NCBI GenBank assembly: GCA_040371205.1
Contig: AP031382.1
Coordinates: 987,562-1,051,561 of the forward strand
DNA from: Rhodanobacter sp.
GTDB lineage: Bacteria; Pseudomonadota; Gammaproteobacteria; Xanthomonadales; Rhodanobacteraceae
Direction of reading: 5' to 3'
DNA length: 64,000 nt
Positions within the stretch are counted from its first letter, which is position 1; each line of letters opens with the position of its first letter. The position numbers and the translations under genes were made by a program. Under the pieces are notes generated by a model. It ran no database searches. It was not told where the DNA came from and worked only from the letters and a program-made list of their open reading frames with translations. Of this stretch, positions 62,962-64,000 are shown one piece after another.

Positions 62962-63774
62962 ATGAAATCCCACGTCATCCTTTTCCCGCTCGCCGCACTC
63001 GCCTTGGCCGCTTCCATGCCGGCACCGGCGGCCGACGCGCCAGCCGCCACCGTCACCGGCAACGTGGCCGTGGTCTCCGATTACATGTTCCGCGGACTGA
63101 CCCAGACCTGGGGCCACCCGGCCATTCAGGGCGGCGCCGACCTGGCGCTGGCCAACGGCTTCGCCGCGGGCTTCTGGGGTTCCGCGATCAGCGAGAACAG
63201 CTATCCGGGCGGCTCGATGGAGCTGGACCTCTATGCCAGCTACGGCGCGTCCATCAACCAGGACTGGTCCTGGCGCGCCGGCCTCTACGGCTACGTCTAT
63301 CCCGGCGCCAACCTGGACAAGGCGGGCTTGCCCGCGCGCTCCTTGAACACGGGCGAGGCCAACCTCGCGCTGAGCTGGAAACAGTTCACGCTGAAATACA
63401 ACTACGCGCTGACCGATTATTTCGGCGCCGACGTGGAGCAGGGCTACCGCGGCGATTCCAAGGGCACCAGCTACACCCAGCTGGACGCCAGCTTCCCGTT
63501 CGGCCAGGCCTGGAGCCTGACGCTGCATGGCGGCTACACGCACTTCACCACCGTGCTGGCCGTGCCGAATGCCTACGGCGCACGCAACCCCGACTACGCC
63601 GACTTCGGCGCCACGCTGAAGGACCAGTTCTCCACGCACTGGTCGGCCAGCGTGGGCATCACGCACGCCACCAACGACCGCTACTACCGCCGCACCAGCA
63701 GCTTCATGAACGTCAATGACGTGCGCAACGTCGGCGGCACGCGCGGTTTCGTGATGCTGCAGGGAACGTTCTGA
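62962..63774 (+). CDS. TorF-like putative outer-membrane beta-barrel protein (Gcw_chp family), inserted between kdpB and kdpC.
   Basis: A signal peptide is [24 protein letters not shown]. Alternating aromatic beta-strand-like segments follow, and the C-terminus is F. It is about 270 aa. Confidence 0.55.
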   Translation: MKSHVILFPLAALALAASMPAPAADAPAATVTGNVAVVSDYMFRGLTQTWGHPAIQGGADLALANGFAAGFWGSAISENSYPGGSMELDLYASYGASINQDWSWRAGLYGYVYPGANLDKAGLPARSLNTGEANLALSWKQFTLKYNYALTDYFGADVEQGYRGDSKGTSYTQLDASFPFGQAWSLTLHGGYTHFTTVLAVPNAYGARNPDYADFGATLKDQFSTHWSASVGITHATNDRYYRRTSSFMNVNDVRNVGGTRGFVMLQGTF

Positions 63775-63847
63775 CGCGGCCGGCTGCCGTTCGCGAAGAC
63801 CATCCAGCGGCCATCCGCGGCCGCGCTTTCCAGACACCGAGTCCCCT

Positions 63848-64000
63848 ATGAGCAAGCTGTTGCGTCAATCCCTTCTGATGCTGGTGCTGTTGACCGTCCT
63901 GACCGGCGTGGCCTATCCCTTGCTGGTGACCGGCCTGGCGCAGGCGGTGTTCCCCGGCCCGGCCAACGGCAGCCTGGTCCTGAAGGACGGCAAGGCGGTC
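63848..64000 (+). CDS. kdpC: Potassium-transporting ATPase subunit C (partial; it continues beyond the window end).
   Basis: [43 protein letters not shown] is a canonical KdpC N-terminus. Confidence 0.8.
   Translation, partial: MSKLLRQSLLMLVLLTVLTGVAYPLLVTGLAQAVFPGPANGSLVLKDGKAV

Overview
Summary. This is about 64 kb of high-GC bacterial chromosome. The GC content (roughly two-thirds) and the strong G/C preference at codon third positions are estimated by eye, not computed. Gene content and synteny are typical of a Xanthomonadales-like gammaproteobacterium. I infer this from gene order only, including rng-yhdP-tldD, aroK-aroB, ribH-nusB, thiL-pgpA and kdpFAB(C). I support about 60 protein genes.

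Most of the window is core metabolism. This includes cstA-ybdD, def, hemE, aroKB, pdxH, purL, upp, queA, rng/yhdP/tldD, ribH/nusB and thiL/pgpA.

The accessory or unusual content is:
- an ABC-2 exporter with two tandem paralogous intramembrane HisKA_3 sensor kinases and a LuxR-type response regulator (24.9-29.6 kb);
- a 1.3 kb low-GC noncoding islet (30.15-31.44 kb) that contains a self-contained promoter, small ORF and terminator, plus tRNA-derived or tRNA-like elements. These are a 66-nt mini tRNA-like hairpin set ending in GCCA, followed directly by a tRNA-Met (CAT) copy that lacks its first 3 nt;
- an SPFH (band-7) and RtcB RNA-ligase gene pair directly downstream of that islet, with no RtcA, RtcR, archease or Ro60 partner in the window. 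I consider this the most interesting locus;
- a czcCBA-like RND efflux operon, with an OmpR/HK pair whose operon also carries a PP-loop ATPase and a Mug glycosylase;
- a low-GC3 islet encoding a Nudix hydrolase fused to a Pro-rich linker and a C-terminal membrane anchor;
- a kdp operon with a good KdpE-box candidate, an extra 30-codon hydrophobic ORF in the leader, and a TorF-like porin gene between kdpB and kdpC.

I found no CRISPR array, integrase or transposase. All product assignments are from reading the translated ORFs, not from database searches.
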